Shown here: positions 38,829-52,581 of the stretch, piece by piece
Layout of the letters: every line of letters begins with the position of its first letter
Position numbering within the stretch: the stretch's first letter is position 1
Assembly: GCF_006345805.1 (NCBI RefSeq)
Contig: NC_042997.1
Span: 192,386,001-192,450,000, forward strand
Source: Octopus sinensis
Lineage: Eukaryota
Length of the DNA stretch: 64,000 nucleotides
Direction: 5' to 3'
The notes under the pieces: model-generated
Told to the model about the DNA's origin: nothing
Database searches by the model: none
Seen by the model: the letters and a program-made list of their open reading frames with translations, nothing else
Position numbers and translations under genes: made by a program

Positions 38829-39984
38829 GTCATATCTGTTCCTGAATTCTGTGTCATGGTATTAATCATTGTAATATACCCAGTGAAGCAATAGATTCAC
38901 GTCTGTGGCATGTTTGTTGTGTCCAACTTTTATACTTAGTTCTCAGTTAGAATCTTCTAGATTTACAAAACAGTCAGCATTATTAAAATATTTAGGTGTT
39001 GCAGTTAATGAATTTGAAACCGCATTCTCTGCAAGTGGTATTCGATGTGGTATTGTTATTGGTGGTGTTGTGACTGTATGTTCATTGTGTGAGATTGTTT
39101 CTGCTGCCGTGTATATTTATGTGCAGTTAGTATGTTTACATGTATCTGTTTGTGCAGATGGTGTGTGTAAATGTGGCTTTATAATCTCACAGTGCTAACA
39201 TTGCTTTGACTCTTTTTCTGATAATATTCTTAATCAGCTTATTACCAATAATAGCAAGAAAGTAAAAATTGATTTCCATCTTAACATAAAACACACAAAT
39301 GATAGTTGATAACCACTCGAAAACCAATATCAGTTCCAGTATTTCAGATTCTATCTACCGAATACGATGCAAAAACGAAAACAAAAACACTGCTGTATCT
39401 CTTGAGCCACTAAATTCACTCACATCAGTCATTTTAACCCATAGTCAACAATCGGCTGCTTATGTTCTGTTCTTTATCAGAAGAACCTGCCACCAGACAA
39501 TTGAGAGAGAACATTCTTCTTTCTTCCTGATAATATACACTTGTGGTATGTTAACTTAACAAAAGGTCATAGACTAGAATAGAAAGTCTTTTCATATCTC
39601 CATTATATTGGTGATCTTCTTCCTCCAAAATTAATCTCACAGTTTACAGCACTTGGCTTGAGAAAAAAGTATGTGTGAATAAGCTGATGATATAGTCATT
39701 AAGTTATTTTAGTTTTTATTTTATATTAGTTATAGACTTTTTCTTGATAAGAAGCCATTAAGAGATACTTTATTATGAAATACTTCGTAGTCATCATTAT
39801 CATCATTTAACACTGACTTTTTCATGCTTGCATGGGTCAGGTGGAAAGTTGAGGCCAATTTTCTATTGGTCGATGCTCTCCCTGTTGCCAACCCTCACCT
39901 ATTTCCAAGCAAGGTGACATTTGCCCAAAAGAAGACATGCTTTCATAGAAATGGACAACCTTGCTGCTCATTTACAATCATCAA

Positions 39985-40170
39985 ATGATGTCTAGACACG
40001 GACACACACACTGTGCTTCTTTCACTTTCCATTCACCAAATTCAACCACAAGGCTTTGGTTGGCCCAGGACTATAACAGAAGGCATTTGCTTACAGTACT
40101 GCACCGTGGGACTGAACACAAGACCACATGGTTGGGAAGCAAGATTTTCAACCACACAGTCACATCTGCA
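39985..40170 (-). mobile_element. Family-A SINE 5' half
   Basis: Reverse complement of the head and body motifs. Confidence 0.7.
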
Positions 40171-40959
40171 CAAGTTTTTTAAAAAAGTATAATTCTTCAT
40201 TTTAACCATTCTAAAGCATACCTCAGTGTTCTTGCAATAAAACAAAAAAAATTCTCCAATTTTAATGGGGGTGATTCTTATTGGCAACCCGTGATTAATA
40301 TTTCACTCCTTTGGCAGACTTTGATTCCAAAACTTGATAATTCCCAGATGATCAAGTCAAATTATAGCTTCAATGATTGAGTGAATTACTAAGATTAACA
40401 GCAGTGTTACATAGAACAGCAGTGTTACATAGGGGATTTACCCCTAACACACACCCTTGATTTGAGTGTACCTCAGGTTAGTCAACCAAAGCCAGTTACA
40501 TAGAAATGCTGGGCTAAATTCAGCTTAACAGGCACTCTGTGATTGGATTTTGGGTTCTCTGTGAGATGCTTTCTTGCCCTTCAAGTTTTTTTCCTTTTCA
40601 ATCTTGCTCATCCCACTTCTCTCAGTTTACTGGGTTGAATGAATGTGAGGGTAGCCAGCAGGATTAAATGTTATATGAGGAAAATACTAGTGAAGTTCTT
40701 TGGTGGCAGATCCAATCTATCACCACCTGGTTCTTGGGTGTCTTTAATAGACTCCATTCTGCTGCAAACATTTGAGCCAAATCTCTTCTGCTGTGAGAAT
40801 AATTTCTTCCAAACATTCTGGAAGCCTTCCAAACATTCTGCCCTTCCTAAGTCTCCTTTCCTAACCATATAAGATGGTGGGTAGAATGGTTGTTGAACTG
40901 AAGTCTGACCCAACAGTTTTATGTAATATTGTTATATCTTGGCAGTTTATACTGGCAAT

Positions 40960-41180
40960 AAGGTGGCAAGCTGGCAGAATCATTACCACAGAATGATTAG
41001 CTGGATAGGATACTTAGCAACATTTCTTCCGACTTTACAGAAGTTCAAATGCCGCTGGAGTTGACATTACCTTCCATCCATTCTGGGTTGATAAAATAAG
41101 TACCAGTTGAATACTGGGATTGATCTAATTGACTTACCCCTCCCCTGAAATTGCTAGACTTGTGCCAAATTTTGAAACCA
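40960..41180 (+). mobile_element. Diverged family-B SINE
   Basis: ggtggcaagctggcagaatc...aaatttgaaacc. Other partial family-B copies at ~13925-14130, 21845-22075 (-), 43890-44030, 48580-48805 (-) and 51405-51570. Confidence 0.7.
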
Positions 41181-42854
41181 GTTTATACAGTCAAGGAAAC
41201 TATAAGTCTAACTTGATCATTTGAAAAATCACATCCTTCCACCCACTTTATTAGATGAGATGGATGTGGTTTAGTTGCTAAACTGTCTGACCATGTGACA
41301 GATTGTAATGGGTTACATGGCCCAGACAGCAACAGATTACTGTCAGATATAATACTTATTTATTCGCATTACTTTGAAGTAATCATGCATTGTCTTGTAG
41401 CTTAGAAATTTCCATGATGTAACTGTTTACTTTTAGAATGACAGTGTAGAGTTAGTGTGAGAGGCCAGATCTGGCCAGTTTGGTCATAGAACATGTAGAA
41501 TATTTGTGCCTGATATGGCCAGATTATATACTAAAAGGTTAAGGAGATATTTTCAAGCAGGTTGTACCTGACTTCAGTCAGTTTATATTTTTGTGAAATT
41601 CTAATTTCACTTTCAGTCAAATGTTTACAAGGTTTTGTATGTGTACAATATGGAGCGGTAACTCCAGAAATGTTCTATCAGGGATAAAATACTCAAGGAC
41701 TGGCTTAAAATAAAAAAAAAAAATAATCCGTAATTCTATGGAATTGTTAGAAGAGAGTTTCCTCTTTACTTGTAATGGGTCTCTTCCTTACATCATTTGA
41801 ATTTCTGTAGCTACTAGCTGACATTTATTATCATAGAAATACATCACCTATATTACCTAATTTGGCCTTTTTTCTTAAGGGATTTACCCCTAACACACAC
41901 CCTTGATTTGAGTGTACCTTTAATTAAATGTATTCCAGTTGTAATCATCTCATCTTCATGTATACCTAGAATTACATTGTTTTTCCTCTAAGATGGCTAG
42001 GTGTGATTTGAGTGACTTTCACAGCTATTTCTAGTAGGTTAAGCAACTCCTTTGTTGGCTCATAGCAAGCTGTGTCCCTGACCAATGTAATTGTTTGTCT
42101 TACAAGCAAATCTTTTACTCAATTAAGATACTGATAACATTACTGTTACCTTTGAGGCTAATTAATGATATTGTTTGGCTCAATATTGATAACATCATCA
42201 TGGAATTTAGTAAACACTTATTAAAAAATATAATTATAATGTGGCAAATCAATGGGTGTTTTTTTTTAACGATGTTTTATTTTAAAACAAATTTTAATAA
42301 AATATTCTGTTTGTTTTCTCATCATCTGTCTCATGTTTATTTTGATTGTTCAGCTAAAGCTCCTGATCATTTCTGCTAGATTAATATTAATCAGGTGAGA
42401 AGCTTGCTGTCAGTCAACTCATAAGCATTCAATCAATTGAACTCCGTCCTTGATTGCTATTTGGTCTGTCTAAATAAAAAAGGGTGTTGTCAAAACACAT
42501 TCATTAATTTTCCATGTTGTTTATTTATTTTTGCCACCTCCGACTTCCCCTTAAACTATCTATGGCTTGAATTCATTACTGTTTTAAACTTGAGTCCTTC
42601 CATAACCTATCCTGTAGTTAATCATCAAATGATTATGTCTGTAATATATTAATTATATATATATATATATATATTAATTATATATATATATATATATATG
42701 AATTAGAGATAAAACCACTATTAGGCAAATCAAATGGTGAAAAACATAAACCAAAACATAGAAATAAAAATAATTAATATACAAAATTCAAAATTTAAAT
42801 TATTTATAGTTAAACATTTAAAATTATTAATTTATATTTATAAATTGTTATACT

Positions 42855-42881
<27 letters not shown>

Positions 42882-42886
<5 letters not shown>

Positions 42887-42950
42887 CATTTTTTTTTATT
42901 AAATATATATATAACTAGCAAAAAGTATTAAGTTTAATACAAGATAAAAA

Positions 42951-42997
<47 letters not shown>

Positions 42998-43107
42998 AAA
43001 ACATTTTTTTTTATTAAATATATATATATATATATAACTAGCAAAAAGTATTAAAAAGTTTAATACAAGATAAAAAGTATATGTGTATATATATATATAT
43101 ATATATG
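42882..43107. repeat. ~113-bp AT-rich tandem duplication
   Basis: aaaaacatttttttttattaaat...actagcaaaaagtatta...aatacaagataaaaagtatatgtg(ta)n occurs twice. Confidence 0.85.
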
Positions 43108-43565
43108 TAAAAAAGAAAAACAGTTCAAGGAGATTGGTGATGCTTTTGGAGATGTAGAGGTTGTCCCTTTGACTTAGAGACAACACATTTGGAAGCCATT
43201 TGGAAATCACCTGAAAATTAGTCTTTCAACCAGCTGTAAGCTTTTTCTCTTTCAAACAAAGGGGCATCTCTGAAACAAAGGGACATCTCATTTTTTCCCA
43301 TGGCATGCTAACTTACCCAGACACACAAATTGCTCTGTTTAAAATTAGAATATTTTTCAGAGTTGCACAAAGCCACAAATCTTAGTATTGTCATCATGCA
43401 GAGAAAATCAACTCTCTTCATATCCATCTGCCTCAACTCACCCCAGATTCTATGAGAGAAACTTTGTTTTAAAATGATTTCAGCTAAAATTTCCCATGGC
43501 AAGCTAACAATAGACTGTATCTAACTGTAGTCACAGTCCTCTGGCTTGTCAGCCCCTGTCAACCT

Positions 43566-43791
43566 ATTTCTTTACTACCCACAAGGGGCTAAACACAGAG
43601 AGGACAAACAAGGACAAACAAACGGATTGTCGATTATATTGACCCCAGTGCGTAACTGGTACTTATTTAATCAAACCCGAAAGGATGAAAGGCAAAGTCG
43701 ACCTCGGCAGAATTTGAACTCAGAACGTAGCAGCAGGCGAAATACCGGTAAGCATTTCGCCTGGCGTGCTAACATTTCTGCCAGCTCGCCG
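43566..43791 (-). mobile_element. Full-length tRNA-related SINE, family B, with 10-bp TSD
   Basis: Head GGCGAGCTGGCAGAA..GTTCTGAGTTCAAATTC; TSD CTGTCAACCT at 43556-43565 and 43792-43801; retains CpGs. Confidence 0.9.
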
Positions 43792-44892
43792 CTGTCAACC
43801 TGTCCAACCTATGCCAACATTGAAGTAGGGACTTTAAATGGTGATGAAGAGGAGTGGTTAACATCTCTTAATCTTATATTAAACAATATTGATATTCCGC
43901 TGAGGTCATCTTTGTCTTTTAACCTTTTGAGGTCGATAAAATAATCACCAGTTAAGCACTGGGGTTGATATAATCAACTTACATCCTCCCTCAAACTTGC
44001 TGGCCTTGTGCTAAAATTTGAAACCAGTATTAGTATTATTTATCAAAGAGCAAATATGAAAATCCCGCTCCTTTTCTGAGTCAGACTAATTAAAGATATA
44101 TATATATATATGTTTATATATTCTGTATTTGATAGCATATTAGACACACCCCAATTTCAGCAGCACACATTCAGGATAAATGTTCATTAAAGCATGTAAT
44201 ATTTAAAGCAATCTCATGTGTATGACTAGGTGTTTTTTAATTTTTTTTATATTCTTTTAGAGATGGGTAAAAAAAGTGTCTTATATGCCATCAAATGCAG
44301 TATGGATGTATGAGAAAGAGAGAGCGCAAAGATAGAAATGTTTTCTTATCTAGAATTAATTTTGCAAATAGTCTAGGTTGAGAATCTTATTTTGGTGAAA
44401 GAGTTTTTAATTCAGTACAAACGTCTCTGGCAATCTCTAGAAAGCTGCACTTTCTACCTCACCAAGACTTGCAGTATTAAGATTGCGTTCCCTCTTCAGG
44501 ACCAAGAAAAGACTTGCAGCTGTGACAGCTGCATGATTTGCTCCATATTAAAGCATAAATACACATCATATTAGATTACTGTTCATACATGTGACTGTGT
44601 ACTCATTACACTAACAAATGGTGGGATATATATATAATATATATATATAATGCTCAAGTAAACATCAGTCATCTCAATGTGTGAAAGATGCCCAATCTAT
44701 GATTGTTGACTCACTGTCAGTCTTCGTCTTGTAACTGTTACATCTACTACGACAACCCCACACTTTGCACTGACTTCATCCAGGGGATCTTTCTCTCGTT
44801 ACTGAATAAAGAAAACAATATCATTACACCATTGGAATTAGGTAAATTGTCGGCTTCTGTTAGAAGTTAGGTGACAGGAGTTACATAACTCC

Positions 44893-45460
44893 TTGGCTTG
44901 TTTCAGTCATTGGACTGCAGCCATCCTGAGCCACTGCCTTGAAGGTTTAGTCAAAGAAATTGACCCCAGTACTTATTTTTTTAAAATCTGATACTTATTC
45001 TTACTCTTTTACTCCCTTGTTTCAGTCATTTGACTGTGGCCATGCTGGAGCACCGCCTTCTAGTCGAGCAAATCGATCCCAGGACTTATTTTTTGTAAGC
45101 CTAGTACTTATTCTATCTGTCGCTTTCGCTGAACCGCTAAGCTATGGGGACCTATTGATTTCTTTTTGGTGAACTGTTATTGAGATGGCAACAAACCAAC
45201 ATTGGTTGTTAAGTGGTGGTGGGAAACACACCATAAACATGAAGACACAAAGATGGACCTATGAACCCATGCACAGACACACACACTCACCCCATACACA
45301 TGACAATCTTCTTTCAGTTTCTGTCTACCAGATTCACTCAGAAGGCTTTTGGTTGGTCCAGGACTATAGAAAATACTTGCCAAAGATGTCACACGGTGGG
45401 ATTGAACCCAAAGCCACATGATTAGGAAACAAGCTTCTTAACCACCAGCCACACCTGCAC
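44893..45460 (-). mobile_element. Two adjacent family-A SINEs (3' fragment 44893-45000; composite copy 45005-45460)
   Basis: ttgtttcagtcatttgactgtggccatgctggagcacc 3' end, and a head near 45460. Confidence 0.8.
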
Positions 45461-46078
45461 CTAACTTTTTAGGTTTTCCTATCCTAAAATTCTCAACTAA
45501 CATCAAAAGTTTGTTGTACAACAAAATCTCCATTTAGTAAGATTAAACTGTTTAGTCAGAATGGAAGCAAAATTTAGAATTTGATACTAATAGGTAAGGC
45601 AGTTTAGATCATCTAAGAAAACAATTGTAATCTCTGAGGCAATAGGCAAAATGTGAAGAAGGGTTTTCTTCCCAGTTATATTTGTTCTGCGATTTTACTG
45701 CTAAATACTTCAAGGATTTAAAAAATTAACCTTGATTCCGCAACAGATTACCTCTACAGAAATAACAAAATAAACAGAAATGGCAAATAAATGAAGTAGT
45801 TTAAGTTACATGGCAGGTAATGGGGGTCTTAGAAAGAGCCTAATATGATTTTATTTGTTGTATTTGCTTTTATTTTAACTCAACTCACAGCTGCTTTAAA
45901 TGGATGAACAAGATTTTGATTATTTTGTGTTTTTTTATTCACAAAATCATTTAGTGTTGATAGTTAGTCCATCTGGTGTTTCCTGCGGCTAACCTTGTAC
46001 TAAATGCATTAATTCATTTGTGGAATGTACGAATGTACTAGTAAAGCTTGTCTCTTGAGTAAATGAAGATCTTTATAT

Positions 46079-46143
<65 letters not shown>

Positions 46144-46324
46144 CTTTTGTCTCTAGTGTGCCAAATGATGTTCATTTTACTTTTCCCTCATTCACCTAAG
46201 TTTAGTGGCACCTATTTATTTCATGTTTGAGGTGACTGAGTTCAAAGTTCCTTGTTTCTAGATTTTATTAATAGCCAAGTACTTTAAAAACATTGTTTTC
46301 TTTCTCTCCCTAATTCCATTTTTT

Positions 46325-46865
46325 ACTGTTTGTTTGTCATTGGACTGTGGTCATGCTGGGGCTCTGCTTTGGAGTGTTGAGTTGAACAAACCTAGCCTCA
46401 GTACTTATTTTAATCCTGGTAATTCTAGCACTCTTGTCAAACTGCTAAGTTACCGGGATGTAAACAAACCAACATCAATTGTCAAACAGTGAGTGGGGCA
46501 GACAAACATAAAACATGTGCATATATATTCCTACATATGCTGGGCTTCCACACAATTTCCATCTACCAAATTCACTTACAAAACACTGGCCAACCTGGGG
46601 CTATTGTAGAAGACACTTCCCCAAGGCATGACAGTGGGGCTGAACCCAAAACCTCATGGTTGCAAAGCAAGCTTTTTAACTACACAGCCATACCTGCACC
46701 AACACACTTATGGACATAAAGAAGAATATCATGAGGAGACAACAGTTATGTCAAGATAAGGGGACAAACACACATTTATGTACAATAGGCTTCTTTCAGT
46801 TTCTGTTTACCAAATCCATTCATAAGGCTTTGGTCAGCTCAGGGCTATAATAGAAGATACTTGCT
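46325..46865 (-). mobile_element. Family-A SINEs (46325-46700 and partial 46760-46865)
   Basis: Diverged consensus matches. Confidence 0.75.
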
Positions 46866-47084
46866 ATTTTGTATTAAAAGGCAATGAGAGAATCTTTGTA
46901 GTCACTTAATCTGCTAGAAATAATATTAGATCTCCAAGTTGCGCCCTACCATCTTGAAGGAGGAACACATCAGTCAAGGAAGCCATAGACATATATAAGA
47001 TGGGATGGTCATGGCTGAGATGGCTCTCATCATAAATCAGTTCAACTACGGTTGACTTACCTAATAACAACCATTCTGTATCAC

Positions 47085-47210
47085 ATCTTGTCTTGAGACA
47101 GCATTCACCCAGGGTGGGTTGAGCTGGCTTCATTCATCCTCAATGCTGCATCTCTCACAAACGCCGACCAGACCTGGCGATTTGAGGCTAACATGGTATC
47201 AAAAGGCCTC
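47085..47210 (-). mobile_element. Short RTE 3'-tail copy related to 17240-17745
   Basis: Shares ttcacccagg..gggttgagctggcttc with 17260-17290 and ends in a cttgtcttg tail. Confidence 0.65.
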
Positions 47211-47214
47211 CTTC

Positions 47215-47292
47215 CCTTAAGCATGCAGTGGGGATGAACCCAAAACCATGTGGTTGGGAAGCAAACTTCTTAACCACACCACTATGCCTGCA
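47215..47292 (-). mobile_element. Family-A SINE head fragment
   Basis: gcagtgggatgaacccaaaaccatgtggttgggaagcaaacttcttaaccacac. Confidence 0.7.
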
Positions 47293-47964
47293 TGAAATTG
47301 TAATTTCAAGATATACAGCAGATTTATGTTGACAAAGAAAAATCAAAACAAAAAAGAAAAACTTAACAATGCTCAGTTTTTCTGTCGTTACTATCACAAG
47401 TTTTGAATTATTAGTCTTTTCTTTTTTTTTACCTCTCTCCACATTTATTCCCAGTTATCTTTTGTATACCCTTGTCATTAAATATAACACTAACTTACAT
47501 TTTCTTTTTCATGTGAATTGTATCTTTGAATTACTTTGCACTCAAAATTTTACACACAAAATATTTTCTTTTTACCTACTCTCACAAAGATAGTTGTCTT
47601 CAAGTTGAAATCAATTCAGTGCTTTTCTTTCTTCCTTTTTCGCTTTTTCCTACATTATGATAGTTTTGCAGTTTAGAAGGAAAAGCTGGTGCCATACTTA
47701 CAAATCTTTCACTCTTTTCATGTTTTTTTACTGTCTGCGTACGAGTGAGTTCTCGTACAAACATTATTGATTTAATTTCTATTGTCCCAAATGAGTATAC
47801 ACTTTGAATTTGAGGTTACAGTATATAAACCAGAAAAACAAAACAAGAAAATGAAAACCAAACAACCATTTTGATTCTGAAATTTCTTTAGCACTGATAT
47901 TTAAATGCCATCACCAGCTGTAGAATTAGAATTGCAGAATAAAGGGATTATACTTAAGATTATT

Positions 47965-48260
47965 CTGCTTTTATTTGTTTGTCATTAGACTGTGACCATG
48001 CTAGAGCACAACCTTGAATTTTAGTCAAAAGAATCAACCTCAGTACTTTGTTTTAAGTCTGGTACTTATTCTGTTGGTGTCTTTTACCAAGACACACGCA
48101 TGCACACGCAGAGAGGCATCTTTCAGTTCCTGTCTACCAAATACCTTCACAAGGCCTTTGGTCATCCTGAGGCTATAGTCACTTGCCCAAGGTGCTGTGC
48201 AATGGGACTGAACCCAGAACCATATGGTTGGGAAGTAAGCTTCTTAACACACAGTTGCAC
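47965..48260 (-). mobile_element. Family-A SINE (internally deleted)
   Basis: Head and tail motifs present. Confidence 0.75.
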
Positions 48261-49024
48261 AGTTAAATATTTCCTTATTTGTTTTATTGATTGATGTTCT
48301 CGGTTTATTTAATGTAAATTTTAGTTCATAAATCAAGTGTTTCTTGTAAATGGTAGGAAAGTATTTAGTTTGTGTTTTTAAATATCTATCAGAATCCACT
48401 TATTTAAGTTTAATTAATTTCACTGTTTAGCTCAAGTAGATGTGGAGACTTGGAATCGGCTTATGCATGTGCAGTCAATAGAAAAATTCACATACTTATT
48501 GCTAGTAAATTTCAGGAGTCGACAGGAAAGATTGTGTACCGTTTTGGGACCTTCCTCTCAATGGCTTCAGAGAACACCAGCCCACCACTCATTGATCTGT
48601 TATTGTCATAATTTCTTAAAATTTGTTTCAAATTTTGGCACAAGGTCAGCAATAGTTGGGGAGGGATGAATCAATTACATCGACCTTGGTGCTTGACTAG
48701 TACTTATTTTATTGAACCTGAAAGGATGAAAGGCAAAGTTGACCTCAGCAGAATTTGAACTCAAAATGTAAAAAACAAAATACTGCTAAGCATTTTGCCA
48801 GTCTATACATGTGTGTGTGTGTGTGTATACATACATATATATAAATGAAGTTCTGATAATGCTATATGGTGATACACAAGCACTCAGCTATGAGTGCAAT
48901 ACATCTTATAGCAGAAACAGATGTAAGCTTATGAAGTTCATAGCACAATTTCTTATTCCCCTGTCATTTATCTAATTTTCTGTTATTACTCTGTACTTGA
49001 CTGATACTTTTCTTCTGAAGCATA

Positions 49025-49055
<31 letters not shown>

Positions 49056-49149
49056 AGATAGATATATAGATAGAGATAGATAGGTATAGTTCTAACACTA
49101 GATTAATAGTATTGCTATGCCTAAGTGAAATATAATCCATGCGCGTGTG

Positions 49150-49318
49150 CACACCACACACACACATACAGTTTCTGTCTATAAAATGCACTCACAAGGC
49201 ATTAACTGGCTCAGGGCTATAGTAGAATACACTTGCCCAAGGTACCATGCAGTGAGATTGAACCAGAAACCATGTGGTTACAAAGCAAGTTCCTTAACTC
49301 CACAGCCATTGCCTGTGT
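49150..49318 (-). mobile_element. Family-A SINE 5' half
   Basis: Reverse-complement head match. Confidence 0.7.
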
Positions 49319-50444
49319 TTATAAAATCAATACATATATAGTAACTAGATTATCAAAAACATGACTGTATTTTTTAATTTTTTTAAGCGTCATTATTTTA
49401 TTTGGTTTTTAATTCCTATGAGTTTTCTCTATAATTAAAAAAAAATGCCTTAATGCAATAACAGACAGACAAGGATAATTTATGTGTATATTTCATTTCA
49501 TCAGCTTAATATACACAGATGACAGATTACTTCTGTTTGGTTAAATATAAATAGTTATAGCCTTCACCTCTCTCTTTCTTCTTATCAAAATAAGGAGAGG
49601 GAAATTACTTTACAAAATGGTTCCAGTTTAGGCGCTTCATGCTGTTTGCACAGGATTGCAACACTTACTTAGTTCTGAAGTTTATCATCTTAAGAATGGT
49701 TTCATTGGTACTAACACCCAGTTATAAGCGAGACTGATTGCTTAAAGAATTGATAAAAAATAGTTTAATGTTACATTTTCTTAGTTGTGATTCACCGAGT
49801 ATAAAGCAACCTCAGTTAAAATTATAAGCATGCAACTTCGTTTTAAAAATATATTTGATGATACATTAGAAAGCTCTCAATCTATTTTGTAATATAAATA
49901 TAATGAGCATTAAAAGCTATCAAGAATTAATTTTCCATCTGTCTATCCGTCCACCCATCTGTCTGCTTTTTTTTTGATGAGTTACTCTCCTAGGCTGTTA
50001 ACTCAACAACAACAACAACCACTAACATGTAATATTGTAGCACTTAACTTGCATTATTCACGTTCAAATGCAGCTGTTATATACTGTTATGAATAGAAGT
50101 GTAATAAATTCAGAGCAGATGGCAGTTGCTTTGTAACTGAATTTGAGAAATATGATTCAGTGTGTATTATTATTATTTTTCTCAAATTCATAATTTCATC
50201 AATAACCTGATATGTAAATAAAAATATATTAAACTTAAACGCACAAGCACACACATGTGGAGAAAGGTACCATGCTATTGCTATTAAATTATACATTTAA
50301 ATGTAGAACCTTGTGAAAAGGAAAAGAGATCACCACTCCTCCTCATCATCGTTTAATAGGCCAAAGTAACAGCATGCATAACTGTTATCCAGTTTTTCTC
50401 TCGTATCTACCAGATGACAAAGAACTGGCAAGGGTGGCAAGATG

Positions 50445-50665
50445 TTAGATCTGTCCAGCCTAAACACACCAGCATCATTTGTCAAGCGATGGTGGAGGTA
50501 CAAACATGGACACACACACACACCTACACAATAGATTCCTTTCAGTTTACATCTACCAGATTCACTCACAAGGTTTTTGGTCTGCCCAAGGTGCCGTGTG
50601 GTGGGACTGAACCCGAAACCGTGTGGTTGGTAAGTAAACTTCTTACCACACAGTTGCACCTGTGC
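50445..50665 (-). mobile_element. Family-A SINE lacking the 3' end
   Basis: Head at 50665 with central (CA)n. Confidence 0.8.
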
Positions 50666-51074
50666 ACGCACACATACATATAATTTTTTTATTTTTTCCG
50701 TGAAAAATATATTTATCTTCATCTTAGTTTTCTTAATAGGTTTAAATCTGCATTTTAAATTGTACTGTTTTAACCCTGAAAGATTTTAAATCCAAATTTT
50801 CTACCTTCTAATTAGGTTGAATATAAGCTGTATTCTAGCAGAATTAATGTGTATCTATGGGATTGATTAGAAACAGAAAATTAGTGCAGTGTTTGTTAAG
50901 AGGCTTATTAGCATATATTTTATCAATAATGCCTTTTCTACTGAAAGAAATATTGAAGACTTGTGTGTATTAAAAAAAAAAAAATTTCAAATCTTTCCTC
51001 ATAAATCTAGTTAGTCTAAGCTTAATATTACCACTTTAGCAAAATAGTGTATGCTTATAAATCTAGCTATACTC

Positions 51075-51375
51075 TCTTTTACTTGTTTCAATCATTTGAC
51101 TGTGGCCATGCTGGAGCATCGCCTTTAGTTGAGCAAATCGACCCCAGGACTTATTCTTTGTATACCTGGTACTTATTCTATCGGGCTCGTTTGCTGAACC
51201 GCTAAGTTACGGGGATGCAAGCACACCAGCATTGGTTGTCAAGCGATGTTGGGGGGGACAAACACGTACATACATATATACGACAGGCTTCTTTCAGTTT
51301 CCATCTACCAAATCCACTTACAAGGCTTTGGTTGGCCCGAGGCTATAGTAGAAGACATTTGTCCAAGGTGCCTGT
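51075..51375 (-). mobile_element. Family-A SINE, 5'-truncated
   Basis: Intact 3' end, ending at ccaaggtgcc. Confidence 0.85.
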
Positions 51376-51984
51376 CAGAATGTACTAACAGGCAAAATGT
51401 CACCGAGTATTTTTTTTTCACGTAGCATGCTAATGATTCTTCCAGCTTGCCACCTTATCTTTTCAGGGTCGATAAAATAAGTACCTGAACACTGGAGCCA
51501 ATGTAATTGACTTAACACCCCTTCCCCAAAATTGCTGGCTTTGTGCCAAAATTTGAAATCATTATCATAAAACACCATTTCCCGAGTTCATTGCATAAAT
51601 TTATGTAAATCTCCTTGTTAGGTTGGTTGCAGGTTTCAAAATTAGTTTGTCATTTGCATTTGAATCCAGCTTTTAAGTTAATAACGCTTAAAAGTATTTA
51701 TTATTCTGGGATGCCTATTGCATGATAAATAACTCCTTATTTTATTGACGCCTGTTTAAATCCCACTATTTTACACATGATTTTAACTGACAAAACCGAG
51801 ATGCTACTTATAACAGGAGGCAAAGCTAATCCTATGAAGGGAAAAAAATTTGTGCCAAGATTAACACTAAGTTAGAGGTGTGACTTATTTACAATGCAAC
51901 TTATACACAAGTAAATATGGTGAGTGTTAATTAATTTGGTGGGCTAAAAAACAGTAATTAAAATTATAGCCATGTATTTTTTAC

Positions 51985-52340
51985 TTGTTTCAGTCATTAG
52001 ACTGTGGCCATGCTGGGGCACCACCTTGAATTTTAGATGAATGAATCAACCTCAGTACTCAATTGTTTTTAAAGCCTGGTACTTCTATTGATCTCGTTTT
52101 GCTGAACTGCTAAGTTATAGGGATGTAAACACACCAACACTGGTTGTCAGGTGGTAGTGGGGGACACATACACACACATATGATAGTTTTTCAGTTTTCA
52201 TCAACCAAATGTACTCACAAGGCTTTGGTTGACCCAAAGCTGTAGTAGAAGACACTTGCCCAAGGTGCCACAGTGGGGCTGAACATGGAATCATGTGGTT
52301 CAAAAGCAAGCTACTTCCCACACAGTCACACCTATGAGCA
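51985..52340 (-). mobile_element. Family-A SINE
   Basis: Consensus head and tail. Confidence 0.8.
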
Positions 52341-52581
52341 AAAAAAAAAATAAACTAAAATAATTTGCTCACTTAATAATTTTAATCAAGAAAGCCTGGG
52401 GACATTGAAACCAAATATGGGCATGTTGTAGTCGGATTTATTTTTAGTAGGCAATAGCTCCAGGCATATTTTGATCTTGGTAAACCTCCTTTAATATACA
52501 CAGCTTTTCAAAAGTGAGGTTTGATTTATTTTTTTGCGAAAATAACAATTTGGAAGCTTACATAGGCAGAATCATTTAGCG

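Noticed and set aside
43105-43160. FKEIGDAFGDVE, reminiscent of a DnaJ helix
   Set aside because: Too short, weak splice context, no HPD-containing partner exon.
44695-44810. Possible C/D box snoRNA (ATGATT...CTGA)
   Set aside because: Non-canonical C box, no terminal stem, and no rRNA-complementary guide that I could recognise.
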